The notes below the pieces were generated by a model that searched no databases, had not been told where the DNA came from, and worked only from the letters and a program-made list of their open reading frames with translations. This document shows, one piece after another, positions 1 to 9,775 of a stretch of DNA of 64,000 nt; within the stretch, counting starts at the first letter, position 1; every line of letters starts with the position of its first letter. The DNA lies in the sequence record MW057919.1; one strand, given 5' to 3'. Made by a program: the position numbers and the translations under genes.

Positions 1-2
1 AG

Positions 3-440
3 GATGATCAGTGCTATACATCCGATTATCATGAACCATATGGACATCTATTGGGATTTAAAGGAACTACTTATTGGTCAGTACCAACTGGATACTATTT
101 ACTAAATGGACCTAATGGGGTACATGGTGTCAAATTTGGCAATGGTCCCTTAAAAGACACTTATCCTATTCGTGATGTATACATGGTAAATAATGATAGA
201 GTGATTGATGGTGAGTATCTTACACTACAAAATACTAGGGGCTTTTATAATGTAGTGTGTAGTCAACTTACACAAATGTGTAAATACTTTGGTAAAGAAT
301 ATACTTTACTAGAACTCATTCAAATTATCCCATTTGTAAAGACCACCACTTGCGATGAATTCCTTTGTTACATCAATAATGATAAAGGTAAGGTTGCAGG
401 CATCAATCCAAAACGAAAGGATATTTACGAGGGGCTGTAA
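3..440 (+). CDS. hypothetical protein, 5'-truncated by window edge
   Basis: Frame is open from base 3 (DDQCYTSDYHEPYGHLLGFKG...), so the TTG at 51 is probably not the true start. Confidence 0.75.
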   Translation, partial: DDQCYTSDYHEPYGHLLGFKGTTYWSVPTGYYLLNGPNGVHGVKFGNGPLKDTYPIRDVYMVNNDRVIDGEYLTLQNTRGFYNVVCSQLTQMCKYFGKEYTLLELIQIIPFVKTTTCDEFLCYINNDKGKVAGINPKRKDIYEGL

Positions 441-802
441 TGAACATCACCAATATAAAGCTCATCCAAACTATGGATGCTGTATTAGAGGAACTCACGA
501 AATATCACGATAACCTCAAGCCTTGTGTAGGTATTAAAATAGAGGTTTCACCATGTGACGCTAAGTGTATACTCTTATCTGAGGATATGGTTCGTAAGGT
601 AGTTATTGAGATCAATGTAGTTAAACCACTGAATATGCGTGTAACCTATCTCTTTGATGAGAAGATGGTTACTAAGATCAACAAATATAATTCACATTAC
701 TACACTGAATTAGCCAAACAAATAAATACGTTCTTTTCGGATACAAGTATCCCAACACGCACATTCGATTACCATGGATTCTTTGATTATCTTGGATTCT
801 AA
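440..802 (+). CDS. hypothetical protein (120 aa)
   Basis: TAATG overlap with upstream stop; no motif recognised. Confidence 0.8.
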   Translation: MNITNIKLIQTMDAVLEELTKYHDNLKPCVGIKIEVSPCDAKCILLSEDMVRKVVIEINVVKPLNMRVTYLFDEKMVTKINKYNSHYYTELAKQINTFFSDTSIPTRTFDYHGFFDYLGF

Positions 803-814
803 AAGGAGATTATA

Positions 815-1171
815 ATGGGTTCTCTAACTCTTGAAACAGGGCGACAGATTGAGCATCATTTGCTGAATGCAATTAGCATTCATATTAATGCATCCCGGAT
901 TGACGCTACATTGCGTGAAACAGTTAATGTCATCGATAACCCTGTAACAAAACGATCTATTGCATATGTGGTTGAGAGAGGCAAGGATATCCGCATTGCA
1001 GTTTATGATACCAGCAATGATCATCTTGGCATGATATCTCATATTGAGTCTGGTGATAGTGAATTTAAAGTTCTTAATATGGCACAGGCTGTTCGGATAA
1101 CCAAATTCTCATTGAATCAATTTGATGAGGCAGCAATATGTGCAGTAAGCTGGCTTGCCGGAAATCCATAA
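815..1171 (+). CDS. hypothetical protein (118 aa)
   Basis: AGGAG SD upstream of ATG. Confidence 0.85.
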   Translation: MGSLTLETGRQIEHHLLNAISIHINASRIDATLRETVNVIDNPVTKRSIAYVVERGKDIRIAVYDTSNDHLGMISHIESGDSEFKVLNMAQAVRITKFSLNQFDEAAICAVSWLAGNP

Positions 1172-1206
1172 TACATCATTGATTAAAGTACCACTACAGC
1201 TTAATA

Positions 1207-1263
1207 TTCAATCTCAGTCTAAACACTGATCCAATTAGGCTGAGATTGAAGACTACTGGGTCA
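1207..1263 (+). other. long hairpin with possible H-type pseudoknot
   Basis: 16-bp stem 1207-1222/1235-1250; loop TGATCCA can pair with TGGGTCA 1257-1263. Confidence 0.45.
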
Positions 1264-1326
1264 GCTCATTATTGCCTACTTCTAATTTGATATAGGTAAA
1301 TTATAAATACAAAGTCAGGTAATGTC

Positions 1327-1701
1327 ATGGATTCATTAAAAATACAAAATATTCTCTTATGCAATAAAGCATTCAAGGCGATTGTTGAGCATCCACTTCA
1401 GATTAAATCTAATAGATCTACTAGTATTCAAGTATTAAATAATGAGTTGAATTATGGGTTGACTTATATCTTTCATGATACCGACTCTACTCGTACAGTT
1501 AAATTAACAGTACGTTACGGTAATGTAGTAATCTCATTAGTGGATAGTAATAATAGATTAGAAAAAGAATTTACCTTTGATAATGAAGCTAACTATCAAT
1601 TAATGGGTAAAATAGTTTATTGTTATTTACGTAAAAATAAAGATGATTATTATCGTGGATTAAGTGATAGTGGTTATCTACAATGGTTGGGAATCACTTA
1701 A
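1327..1701 (+). CDS. hypothetical protein (124 aa)
   Basis: Co-oriented ORF, AGGT upstream. Confidence 0.8.
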   Translation: MDSLKIQNILLCNKAFKAIVEHPLQIKSNRSTSIQVLNNELNYGLTYIFHDTDSTRTVKLTVRYGNVVISLVDSNNRLEKEFTFDNEANYQLMGKIVYCYLRKNKDDYYRGLSDSGYLQWLGIT

Positions 1702-1702
1702 T

Positions 1703-2065
1703 ATGATATTTAATAAAATCATTCGATATATAAAAAGAAGGCGATGTAATAAGTCTGAATTAATTGAAATTAATGAACTTATCTTAAAAGCAGCTCGCCG
1801 TCAAAACTATGATTTATGTCATCTGATTAGTTATCTTGGTGATGGCAATGATCCAGTAGTTATCGATCTTTTAAAGAAAGAATATTCTGAAATATATACC
1901 TACTATAAATCTGTATTTGACCCTGCTGATTTTGGTAAGAATTATAAAAATAAATTACATTCTGATCTATTAGAGGCTATAACCAAAATAGATAAATTTA
2001 AAGAATTATGTGAAAAACATAATATCGACTATTCACACATTGTTGAAGATGAGATACCTTTCTAG
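1703..2065 (+). CDS. hypothetical protein
   Basis: ATG at 1703 just after previous stop preferred over the overlapping track start 1664. Confidence 0.75.
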   Translation: MIFNKIIRYIKRRRCNKSELIEINELILKAARRQNYDLCHLISYLGDGNDPVVIDLLKKEYSEIYTYYKSVFDPADFGKNYKNKLHSDLLEAITKIDKFKELCEKHNIDYSHIVEDEIPF

Positions 2066-2076
2066 GCGGAAATAAA

Positions 2077-2439
2077 ATGGAATTAATCAGTGTCAGCTCA
2101 ATGGCATTATTCTTTGGTTTAATTGTGGCACACTTCATCTTTGATTTTTCATTGCAAAATGATTTCATTGCAAAGGCTAAAAATCATACTACTGAACTAG
2201 GTTCGCTATACTGGAAATGGGTATTACCCGCGCATAGTTTTATGCATGGCGGTGCAGTTTATTTCATCACTGGTTCATTAGTTTTAGGACTTATTGAAGC
2301 AATTGCTCATTGCATTATTGATTATTTAAAATGTGATAATAAAATTACATTTAATCAAGATCAGTGGTTACACATTGGTTTTAAACTGATGTATACTTAT
2401 CTAATTGTTTACGAAGTACCTTTCGTAATGTATGGATAA
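2077..2439 (+). CDS. DUF3307-like membrane protein (His/Asp-rich, putative metal-dependent hydrolase)
   Basis: Hydrophobic helices with AHFIFDFSLQ, HSFMH, HCIID, DQWLH motifs. Confidence 0.7.
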   Translation: MELISVSSMALFFGLIVAHFIFDFSLQNDFIAKAKNHTTELGSLYWKWVLPAHSFMHGGAVYFITGSLVLGLIEAIAHCIIDYLKCDNKITFNQDQWLHIGFKLMYTYLIVYEVPFVMYG

Positions 2440-2450
2440 AGTTATATATT

Positions 2451-2472
2451 ACCCTCTCCTTCGGGAGAGGGT
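2451..2472 (+). terminator. intrinsic terminator
   Basis: ACCCTCTCC-TTCG-GGAGAGGGT followed by T-tract. Confidence 0.85.
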
Positions 2473-2581
2473 TTTATGTTTAATATTTTTTTTTATTAAG
2501 TTTTATTACCCAATCTGATAGGGCTATAATGGAGTTTAGTCTTGTGGAAGTTTATAAAACCCTATTGGGAAGAGAACTACA

Positions 2582-3070
2582 ATGGTTATTACACATCAAA
2601 CTGTAGACCAAATAGATACACAAGTAAGTTTAGGTTTACCTATTGGCTACTATGGTGCTAATGATGATTTATCTACACTAATTAGGACGATTGGTGATTG
2701 GAATATCAGACCTATTGAAGAGCGTAGGACACCAGGTACAGGCTACATTGTAGCTGTCCCATCGAATACTCGTACACGAGTGATTTACACTGCTGGTCGC
2801 AAAAGATGGCTAGAAGCATTAGATTTTAGCCCCGAATTAGCCGAGAAGTATATTCGTGCTTGTAGTGCAATAAAACGATGCTGGGACCACGATGTCGCAA
2901 CCTTTGTCCTGACACATAATAAAATTAGCGACGAATTACTTAAAGAATTGATGAGTGTTGAGAATCCTAAAGCTGTACTCAACCACTACAAAATTCCTGT
3001 AAAGATTTCTAGAAATAGAATAATTGCAGCTTGTCAAATAATCTTCAATATTCGTGGACTAAAAGTCTAA
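2582..3070 (+). CDS. hypothetical protein (162 aa)
   Basis: Purine-rich SD-like GAAGAGA upstream; no motif recognised. Confidence 0.8.
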   Translation: MVITHQTVDQIDTQVSLGLPIGYYGANDDLSTLIRTIGDWNIRPIEERRTPGTGYIVAVPSNTRTRVIYTAGRKRWLEALDFSPELAEKYIRACSAIKRCWDHDVATFVLTHNKISDELLKELMSVENPKAVLNHYKIPVKISRNRIIAACQIIFNIRGLKV

Positions 3071-3080
3071 TACTTTTATA

Positions 3081-3109
3081 GGAGAGAACCGCCATGGTTC
3101 TCTCTTTTT
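3081..3109 (+). terminator. intrinsic terminator
   Basis: GGAGAGAACC-GCCAT-GGTTCTCTCT then TTTT. Confidence 0.8.
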
Positions 3110-3160
3110 GACGTAAGTGCATTATTGTTATGATAAGACTTTCGTACAAGGAAAACTACT

Positions 3161-3592
3161 ATGTTACTTTTTGTTGATACAGAATTTGATACGCCTACTG
3201 GTACTCTTATTTCACTTGGTATTGTTAGTGAAGATCGACGTTGTGAATTCTACGAAGTTCTACCATATGACAATATTGAAGATGAATGGGTTAAAGAAAA
3301 CGTTATTCCTATTCTTCAAAAAGAACCAATCTCTTTAGAAGAATTCCATGATAGACTAGCCAAGTTTCTTGGTCAGTTTGCTCGATTACATTTTATAGCT
3401 AATCATGTTAACGATATGGTTTACACTGGTAAAGCTATGGATATGGGTAAAGGTAAACAAGTTGTTGAGTTACCAACTATATTTGAATTAAATCATGAGC
3501 TAAGTGGAAAAGGTTCTAAAATGCTTCACAACGCACTATTTGATGCTCGTGCAACTCTAGATGACTGGGAGCGTTTAAATGGTGTGAACTAA
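3161..3592 (+). CDS. DEDDh 3'-5' exonuclease (RNase AS/Rv2179c-like)
   Basis: ExoI FVDTEF, ExoII-like ND, ExoIII HNALFDA; AAGGA SD. Confidence 0.8.
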   Translation: MLLFVDTEFDTPTGTLISLGIVSEDRRCEFYEVLPYDNIEDEWVKENVIPILQKEPISLEEFHDRLAKFLGQFARLHFIANHVNDMVYTGKAMDMGKGKQVVELPTIFELNHELSGKGSKMLHNALFDARATLDDWERLNGVN

Positions 3593-3611
3593 CCTTTTTG
3601 GGATAGCCATC

Positions 3612-4271
3612 ATGACTAACACCTTTGAGAAGATGTCAGGCGACAAATATAGAAAAAGTCGTCCAGAAATCGTACTGCGTTTGCTGATCGCAACCAGTTT
3701 TCCTCAATCCGTTTTAGCCGATTTGACTTTTGATATTACTAAGCAAGTTGGTATTACTGATAACGATGAATTAGAGAAGATTGCTAATGACATGCGTGAT
3801 GTTGAACGTAAGTTTGACATGACTGATTTCGTTAGATGTATTGATCTACGTCGTAATGGTAATGACGTAAATATAACTGTTAATTGTTGGGATTTTGATC
3901 CACGTGCTAAAACTATCGAGGATCGTGCGGAGAACCATGAATTCCTGGCAAACAGTAATATTACCTTACATTCACCAGAAGCAGATTTTAATGATCCACG
4001 TGAACTGGCTAGTAAATTAGTTGGACTATTTTTTCGTAGCAAGATAGGTCAAAAGCCATCAGCTAGTAATTTTACTAAGGGATGGAAAATTCTTAGTAAA
4101 CCAATTAGTAAATCTAAAAATACAGGTGATATAGAATCAATCGATCTAGTTGATGCTATTGAACTAGTAGCTCAGAGTTTAGCTAAACGTAGGTTTAACA
4201 TTAAAATTACCACAAGCGCTATTTTATTACTTGATCAGAAAAGACGGTTATTTAATATAACGCGTGGTTAA
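3612..4271 (+). CDS. hypothetical protein (219 aa)
   Basis: Long ORF ending at a bidirectional terminator. Confidence 0.8.
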   Translation: MTNTFEKMSGDKYRKSRPEIVLRLLIATSFPQSVLADLTFDITKQVGITDNDELEKIANDMRDVERKFDMTDFVRCIDLRRNGNDVNITVNCWDFDPRAKTIEDRAENHEFLANSNITLHSPEADFNDPRELASKLVGLFFRSKIGQKPSASNFTKGWKILSKPISKSKNTGDIESIDLVDAIELVAQSLAKRRFNIKITTSAILLLDQKRRLFNITRG

Positions 4272-4282
4272 AACAACATAAT

Positions 4283-4304
4283 GCCCTCCCATTGCGGGAG
4301 GGCT
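4283..4304. terminator. bidirectional terminator between convergent genes
   Basis: GCCCTCC(C)-CATTGC-GGGAGGGC flanked by CATAAT and TTATG. Confidence 0.85.
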
Positions 4305-4311
4305 TATGCCG

Positions 4312-6261
4312 TTAAACTTTTACAAGTTTATCATTTTCTATTTTCCAATTAGCATGGAAAGAAATTGGTTGACCAGTGGTCTCATCAAGAATGTCACCAG
4401 TCTTTAACCTATTTTTAATAGCTCGGTTATTTCCAAAGAATGGAACTAGTTTAGCTACTGTTACATCAGCTAATCCTGGATCTTTCATTACATACCAGCC
4501 AGGTGTTGAAGCCAGTTCATCATACTGGACAACTTTAGAAGTATCTGCAAAGATAACAATATCACCATGTCGTCCGTTCTGGACACGTTGTGATAGTTTA
4601 CCCCATGTGGAGTTATTATCATAAACATATACATTAGCTGTATTTAATGTCTCACCAAGGAATGTACGGCGTAATGCAGTCAATACTATTGGTTTTATAT
4701 TAATGTTATTCTTATATGCATTCTCTACACGATACATATACTTGGTCATGCTAAGATTAATATATTCATAAATTTTAGCTTTACTTATCCCTTTATAATC
4801 ATCCCATGCCATTGTACCTATAAGGGATGCTTCATTATAAAGAGAAGCAGGTTTTGAACTAAGTACCACCTGATGCTGCATTGTGTAAGTATAAGGTACA
4901 CGTACGTTAATACGTATCTGATCATTATCATGGATTAAAAGAGTTGATCCATGAGTTATCAGATCCCACTGAGTAATGCCCTGACTAAATAAGAATGATC
5001 CAACTAAATAGCCATTTATTTGAATATCGCCTAGATAATCCTGATGGTCAGTACCATTTGAGTAACCTAGATTAAGATCAAAATAACGCTTAGCTGTTAG
5101 TATCTGAGTAGTATCAATAGCTTGGCCATTATCACGTGCAACAAAGATACCATCATCTACACCAACTTGGAATCTAAATGAAATAGCATACGGTTTATTA
5201 GGATTTTCAGATGTCGTACAAAGAAAATTGTAAATGTACTCGCCAGTATGATCGAAGGTAAATTCAGGAATATCTTCTTTGTTATACGCTGGGAAAGTAA
5301 CAAGCTTAATCTCACTTTCACTTGAATCACCTTTGATAACAAAGTCAGTTACTTGACCATTACCAATAGATTTATTCATACCTGTAAACAAACCAGATGA
5401 TGCAGCTTTTGGTGACCAGCTTAGCATCTGATTTACAGTATATTGAACATCTGACCTATCAACAACACCAGAGAAATAAGAACCAAAATTAAAGGCTAGT
5501 CTATTAGCGGTAAATGCAAAACTACCATTATTTTCTTTAGCATCTTCAATATTAGTGTAATCTCTTGAAGCAGAATCAGTTATAACAAAGATACCATTAC
5601 CCGATTTACGCCAAGTAGCTAGATTATCAATAGTCGCCTGACTCACTCTTTCAGGAGTTAATGCACCAGTATTATGATCTTTAGTAGAGAATAGAATACA
5701 TGCATAATACTTATTAAGATCTGTTAAAGTAAGGTCTACTGTGCCACCCATCATTTCTGGGTAATAAACATCATAGGTAGAATCTTGTACACGAGCAGCC
5801 GTATCTAGTATCTTTTTAAAACCATTACCTGACGTATTGAGGACTGAATAAGGTTCACTAGGATTACTATCTGTGATTACTAAGAATTTCTTTCCAGTTG
5901 ATTCGTACTTACTACCATTCCTAATAAACCCAATAGCATTATAAAAATATCTTACCCATCCCCATAGATCTTGAGGGTTTGTTGTATTAGCCGGAATTTG
6001 GTAAGTATCATAGTTTAAATTATAGAATTTTGGAAAACTACAATCATAAAGAACATTACCAGTGCCATCTTGCACAACAGCAATAAATGGACTACCACCT
6101 GTTGCAGGGTCACCATCATAAGCAATGTATTCAGAGAGCACCGGAGGTAACTCCGGGCTCACTGTATAATACACCTTCTGAATATCTGAACTAAAGTTAA
6201 ATTTAACTTTAGAGTTTAGTGCCACAGGACCCGGCACTTGCGACGGGACAATAGAAGGCAT
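4312..6261 (-). CDS. probable virion structural protein (phiKZ gp201-like by position)
   Basis: 649-aa Gly/Asn/Ser/Thr-rich ORF in minus-strand late block next to the helicase; assignment from recalled synteny. Confidence 0.6.
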   Translation of the reverse strand: MPSIVPSQVPGPVALNSKVKFNFSSDIQKVYYTVSPELPPVLSEYIAYDGDPATGGSPFIAVVQDGTGNVLYDCSFPKFYNLNYDTYQIPANTTNPQDLWGWVRYFYNAIGFIRNGSKYESTGKKFLVITDSNPSEPYSVLNTSGNGFKKILDTAARVQDSTYDVYYPEMMGGTVDLTLTDLNKYYACILFSTKDHNTGALTPERVSQATIDNLATWRKSGNGIFVITDSASRDYTNIEDAKENNGSFAFTANRLAFNFGSYFSGVVDRSDVQYTVNQMLSWSPKAASSGLFTGMNKSIGNGQVTDFVIKGDSSESEIKLVTFPAYNKEDIPEFTFDHTGEYIYNFLCTTSENPNKPYAISFRFQVGVDDGIFVARDNGQAIDTTQILTAKRYFDLNLGYSNGTDHQDYLGDIQINGYLVGSFLFSQGITQWDLITHGSTLLIHDNDQIRINVRVPYTYTMQHQVVLSSKPASLYNEASLIGTMAWDDYKGISKAKIYEYINLSMTKYMYRVENAYKNNINIKPIVLTALRRTFLGETLNTANVYVYDNNSTWGKLSQRVQNGRHGDIVIFADTSKVVQYDELASTPGWYVMKDPGLADVTVAKLVPFFGNNRAIKNRLKTGDILDETTGQPISFHANWKIENDKLVKV

Positions 6262-6271
6262 TTCTCACTCC

Positions 6272-6742
6272 TTACGGGGTATACACGGGAATATCAGCCG
6301 TCTTAATAGGTGAGTCAACTCGAATATAATAAGTGATTGGTACAGACAGGCTATACCCACGGATATTTAAAATCCCTGTAGATGAATCGAGATCCCAACC
6401 AATACTAGCAGAAGCGCTAATAAGCTTACCACTAGTAGGACTAGTAGTTTCAGGGTCGATAATCTTGAGATCAACGATGGCTGTAGCCAGAGTATAATCA
6501 CCCATAGAAGTAATAACTTTGGAAAGATCATAAGTAACTACATCTCCTGGGTTTAATGTACCAGTTTGAAATAGAATTGGTTTTAAACCAGTACTAGGAC
6601 CTGGACCAGGGCCACCACCAGATTCTAGGATGGTTGTTACTTTGTCAACCCACCTTAAAATCGCATTATACATTTCTTCACTGGTGGCTTCAGGCCCAAG
6701 AATAAGATCTTCACCAGTATTAGATGAATGTGGATCAGACAT
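6272..6742 (-). CDS. probable virion protein (gp202-like)
   Basis: 156 aa, GGGPGPGPS linker then beta-rich domain; GGAG SD. Confidence 0.55.
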   Translation of the reverse strand: MSDPHSSNTGEDLILGPEATSEEMYNAILRWVDKVTTILESGGGPGPGPSTGLKPILFQTGTLNPGDVVTYDLSKVITSMGDYTLATAIVDLKIIDPETTSPTSGKLISASASIGWDLDSSTGILNIRGYSLSVPITYYIRVDSPIKTADIPVYTP

Positions 6743-6753
6743 TTCTGTCTCCT

Positions 6754-8865
6754 TTAAAACCGCATATATGCGGGCTGATATGGTTTATACATACGTGTAT
6801 CAAAGTCATTAAAATCAATTGCGATATCATACTTCTCAAATGATTCTTTTAGCATCTGATAAATGATTTTATTTTCATCAAAATTATTATTTTTATCAAC
6901 ATAACTTTCTAATGACTCTGTGATCTCAAATGGAGATTTAATACCCATAATAGCTTCAACCATTGCCTGACTCCATTTTAGAATGTCATCTGACCTTGTT
7001 GAGATATTCGGTTCATCTTCTGTATCGAGAGTACATTGATATACGACTGTTTGTGAATCCTGACCTTTACGGTAAATTCGAGCAATAGCTTGTTCTAGAA
7101 TGTAATGCCTAAACGGTGAATTAATTGTCACCATAGTATCAGCCATCGTCATACGGACCGCTGTTGAAAGGGAAGCATATGTAGCTACCAATGGATTTAA
7201 TTTAGGGTCTTTCTCAAATCTACTGATTATTTGAGGTAAATTGTCATTGGTTTTACCATACACCACCGCCGGATGCATACCTAATTTATTGGTGTACTTA
7301 TCAACAGTATCAACAACCTCAACAAACGATGTAAATGCAATCGTTTTCTTCATAGTTGATTCAGTGATACCAACCCAGTCAATATACGGTACCATGTCCA
7401 CATGGCACTGAATGCGTTTAGCACCTAAAACCCTTCCCAAACATTCACCTTGTATCTTTAGCATAACGTATTTTATAACTGATTTAATATCTCTAAAAGC
7501 AGCTATTTCATTACGAGGTAAAGTTGGCTCTATAAACATTTTTTCATATTGGTTAGATTCTTTAATTTCTTCACCAATGTATCGCGGGTCTTGATTCTTC
7601 TGAATTATTTTAATCAAATTCTTATAGCGAGCGAAACCATCTTTCTGCGCCTGGGTCTTAAGAGAGTTCTCGTGTATCGCCATTAGTTTAGCCCAATACT
7701 TCTCATCTTCTGGTCGGCGCGCAGCATAGAACTTTACACGTTCTCTAATAAAAGCTTCACAATCACGTTTAATGGCATTAAGAGTATACTGTGATCCATT
7801 TGGTATCTTGATACGATACGCTTTTATCCTCGGTGGTAAAACCTCAGTATCTTTCTTTTCAATGACGTACGCAATTAACCCAAAGCGATGTTGGACAATA
7901 TCTAATCCTTTCTGTGTCTCTTTTCCAAATGCTTTCTTAAAACGTTCTTCAACCTCATTGGTGAAGAGATCGTCTAATACTCTTAATGCACTTACTAATT
8001 CAGAACCAAGTGCTTTAACAGGGGTACCTGACGCTAATAATCTGTTATTAGAGTTAGACATAAAACATATTTGCTGGAACTTAAGAGATTGTGCAGAATT
8101 AGGATCGTTCATATTGTGTGATTCATCCAGAATCACCGTAATGTTCTTACCTTTGAATATACCGCTTCTTAATAGATCAATTATTTTATCTTGCGCCTGG
8201 TAATGGGATATAAGTATTCTTTGACCGTTGTAGGCTTTATCATCAATGGTCGACCATACTTTTTGTCTTTCCTTATACATCTCAATAATAGATGGCTTCC
8301 ATATTAGATCAATAGACTTCTTTTCACAAACAACTATAATGATATCCGACTCAACCATTTCAGCAATAGCCATCGTCATGAATGTCTTACCAGTACCAGG
8401 TTTACCTGCAACAATATCACCACGTAAACCATACTGGTCAATTCGATAATTATAATTTTCAAAATAAGCTTTTTGAGACTCATCTGGTGTAAATGTCAAT
8501 TTGTCTAACATCTTGAAATTGAGTCTACCTGGTACAGAGTTGGTATCTACAGGACGAGTATTTTTTAACCAGGTATATTGAAGCATTGCTTCACGGATGG
8601 CATTAACAGTTTTAATAGAGATGTATCTACTTCTATAATTCTTTACTGCTTCTAGCATGTAATATATTTCAGGAGCAAAGAATTTATAAAATGAAATACT
8701 ACGACGACTAACCGTGTTAAATAACTGCGTAGCTAATTTAGTGGTTCGCCAATACTTGTTAATATCTCTAATGAATGCAGCACCATCAAAACCACTGATG
8801 ATAATTTCTTGATCAGTTTCAGTAATTGATAGCGAGCCCATTAGCTTCCTAAATGAGTCTATCAT
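6754..8865 (-). CDS. SF2 SNF2-like helicase/ATPase (gp203-like)
   Basis: Walker A GKPGTGKT, LDESH, motif III ASGTP, motif VI QAIARIYRKGQ. Confidence 0.9.
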   Translation of the reverse strand: MIDSFRKLMGSLSITETDQEIIISGFDGAAFIRDINKYWRTTKLATQLFNTVSRRSISFYKFFAPEIYYMLEAVKNYRSRYISIKTVNAIREAMLQYTWLKNTRPVDTNSVPGRLNFKMLDKLTFTPDESQKAYFENYNYRIDQYGLRGDIVAGKPGTGKTFMTMAIAEMVESDIIIVVCEKKSIDLIWKPSIIEMYKERQKVWSTIDDKAYNGQRILISHYQAQDKIIDLLRSGIFKGKNITVILDESHNMNDPNSAQSLKFQQICFMSNSNNRLLASGTPVKALGSELVSALRVLDDLFTNEVEERFKKAFGKETQKGLDIVQHRFGLIAYVIEKKDTEVLPPRIKAYRIKIPNGSQYTLNAIKRDCEAFIRERVKFYAARRPEDEKYWAKLMAIHENSLKTQAQKDGFARYKNLIKIIQKNQDPRYIGEEIKESNQYEKMFIEPTLPRNEIAAFRDIKSVIKYVMLKIQGECLGRVLGAKRIQCHVDMVPYIDWVGITESTMKKTIAFTSFVEVVDTVDKYTNKLGMHPAVVYGKTNDNLPQIISRFEKDPKLNPLVATYASLSTAVRMTMADTMVTINSPFRHYILEQAIARIYRKGQDSQTVVYQCTLDTEDEPNISTRSDDILKWSQAMVEAIMGIKSPFEITESLESYVDKNNNFDENKIIYQMLKESFEKYDIAIDFNDFDTRMYKPYQPAYMRF

Positions 8866-8876
8866 TGCATTTTTCC

Positions 8877-8890
8877 TTAAGGGGTATGTA
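8877..8890 (+). promoter_or_regulatory. putative late (nvRNAP-type) promoter TTA-N5-TATGTA
   Basis: Same motif and spacing as found upstream of the tRNA units; TATG is the known phiKZ late consensus. Confidence 0.5.
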
Positions 8891-9135
8891 AATATAACTC
8901 TAAGTCATAAGATTAGCTAACGAATAAAAATACGCACAGTGCAATGATATAGAGCAAGGCAGTTTGCGTAAAACGCACTGCACTTTAAGGGGGTGATCCA
9001 GTCGTAAATAAACCGGGGTACTAAAGTATCGTCAGGAACGACACGAACCCCAACTACGGTGCCTTGCTACTCACCGACCTCTAGATAGGGGTCGGACCTA
9101 TTACATTAAAGGAGCCCACCAGGGGCTCCTTTATG
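8888..9135 (+). ncRNA. putative structured non-coding RNA (~245 nt)
   Basis: ORF-free GC-richer island with nested stems, G-U pairs favouring + strand, ending in an 11-bp hairpin. Confidence 0.55.
9107..9133 (+). terminator. intrinsic terminator
   Basis: TAAAGGAGCCC-ACCAG-GGGCTCCTTTA perfect 11-bp stem. Confidence 0.8.
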
Positions 9136-9161
9136 CCATTCATTATAAATTAATTTAAATC

Positions 9162-9169
9162 TATATTAC
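9162..9169 (+). promoter_or_regulatory. phiKZ-type early promoter
   Basis: TATATTAC preceded by TTTAAATC. Confidence 0.85.
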
Positions 9170-9215
9170 AGGATTACCATAAAGATATTTATCCTTTTAT
9201 AATGAGGAAAAGATT

Positions 9216-9611
9216 ATGTCCGATATTAATAGCACCAATGTAACAGATGAATTAGTACCTTATTTTCCATCGGCGGATGCCATTACTAGTTCTACTATTA
9301 GGGATGAAGTAATTCCTAATATTTTGTTATTCTACAAGAATGCTTTTAGTGACTTCCAACACGTTAGTAATATCACAGGTACTAACCAGATTGCATCAGG
9401 TTATTTACCAGGTGTAGGTTATTATTTCGAGTATAGTGTTACCGGTAATGCTAATCTTATTCCACCTGAAGCAATTAAAGTATTACGTAATGTAATCACT
9501 AAAAATGGATATAAAGATGACATTACCATCACACCAAAAGGTTTTGGCCTAATCAATTGGTTCATTGTGAGAGTATACGTAGATGAGCAAATTAAGAAGA
9601 CTACTCAATAA
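9216..9611 (+). CDS. hypothetical early protein (131 aa)
   Basis: First ORF after early promoter; GAGGA SD. Confidence 0.85.
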   Translation: MSDINSTNVTDELVPYFPSADAITSSTIRDEVIPNILLFYKNAFSDFQHVSNITGTNQIASGYLPGVGYYFEYSVTGNANLIPPEAIKVLRNVITKNGYKDDITITPKGFGLINWFIVRVYVDEQIKKTTQ

Positions 9612-9759
9612 AGAATTAGAAAAAGAGTTAGTTAAAAAACTAGATTTTCTAGAACGTGATTTTAGAGCTATAAAAGAAGTTATCAAAACTGGAAAATATC
9701 CTGATCCTGTTAATCCGAATCGCAGACAAAGTGATTATGATTTATCTTTTAATAATTAA
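9583..9759 (+). CDS. small hypothetical protein (58 aa, below track cutoff)
   Basis: MSKLRRLLNKELEKELVKKLDFLERDF...; fills an otherwise empty gap; GAGAG upstream. Confidence 0.6.
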   Translation: MSKLRRLLNKELEKELVKKLDFLERDFRAIKEVIKTGKYPDPVNPNRRQSDYDLSFNN

Positions 9760-9775
9760 CCTATAAGAGGATGCT

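Noticed and set aside
3117-3338. 73-aa ORF overlapping the exonuclease, and the many similar nested or antisense track ORFs (e.g. 3704, 7772, 12576, 23272, 57984, 58764)
   Set aside because: Wholly overlap better-supported genes and lack SDs; shadow ORFs
8989-9121. tmRNA-like ends (GGGGGTGAT... and ...CCCACCA)
   Set aside because: The two ends do not form an acceptor stem, there is no T-arm, and the CCA is a terminator loop
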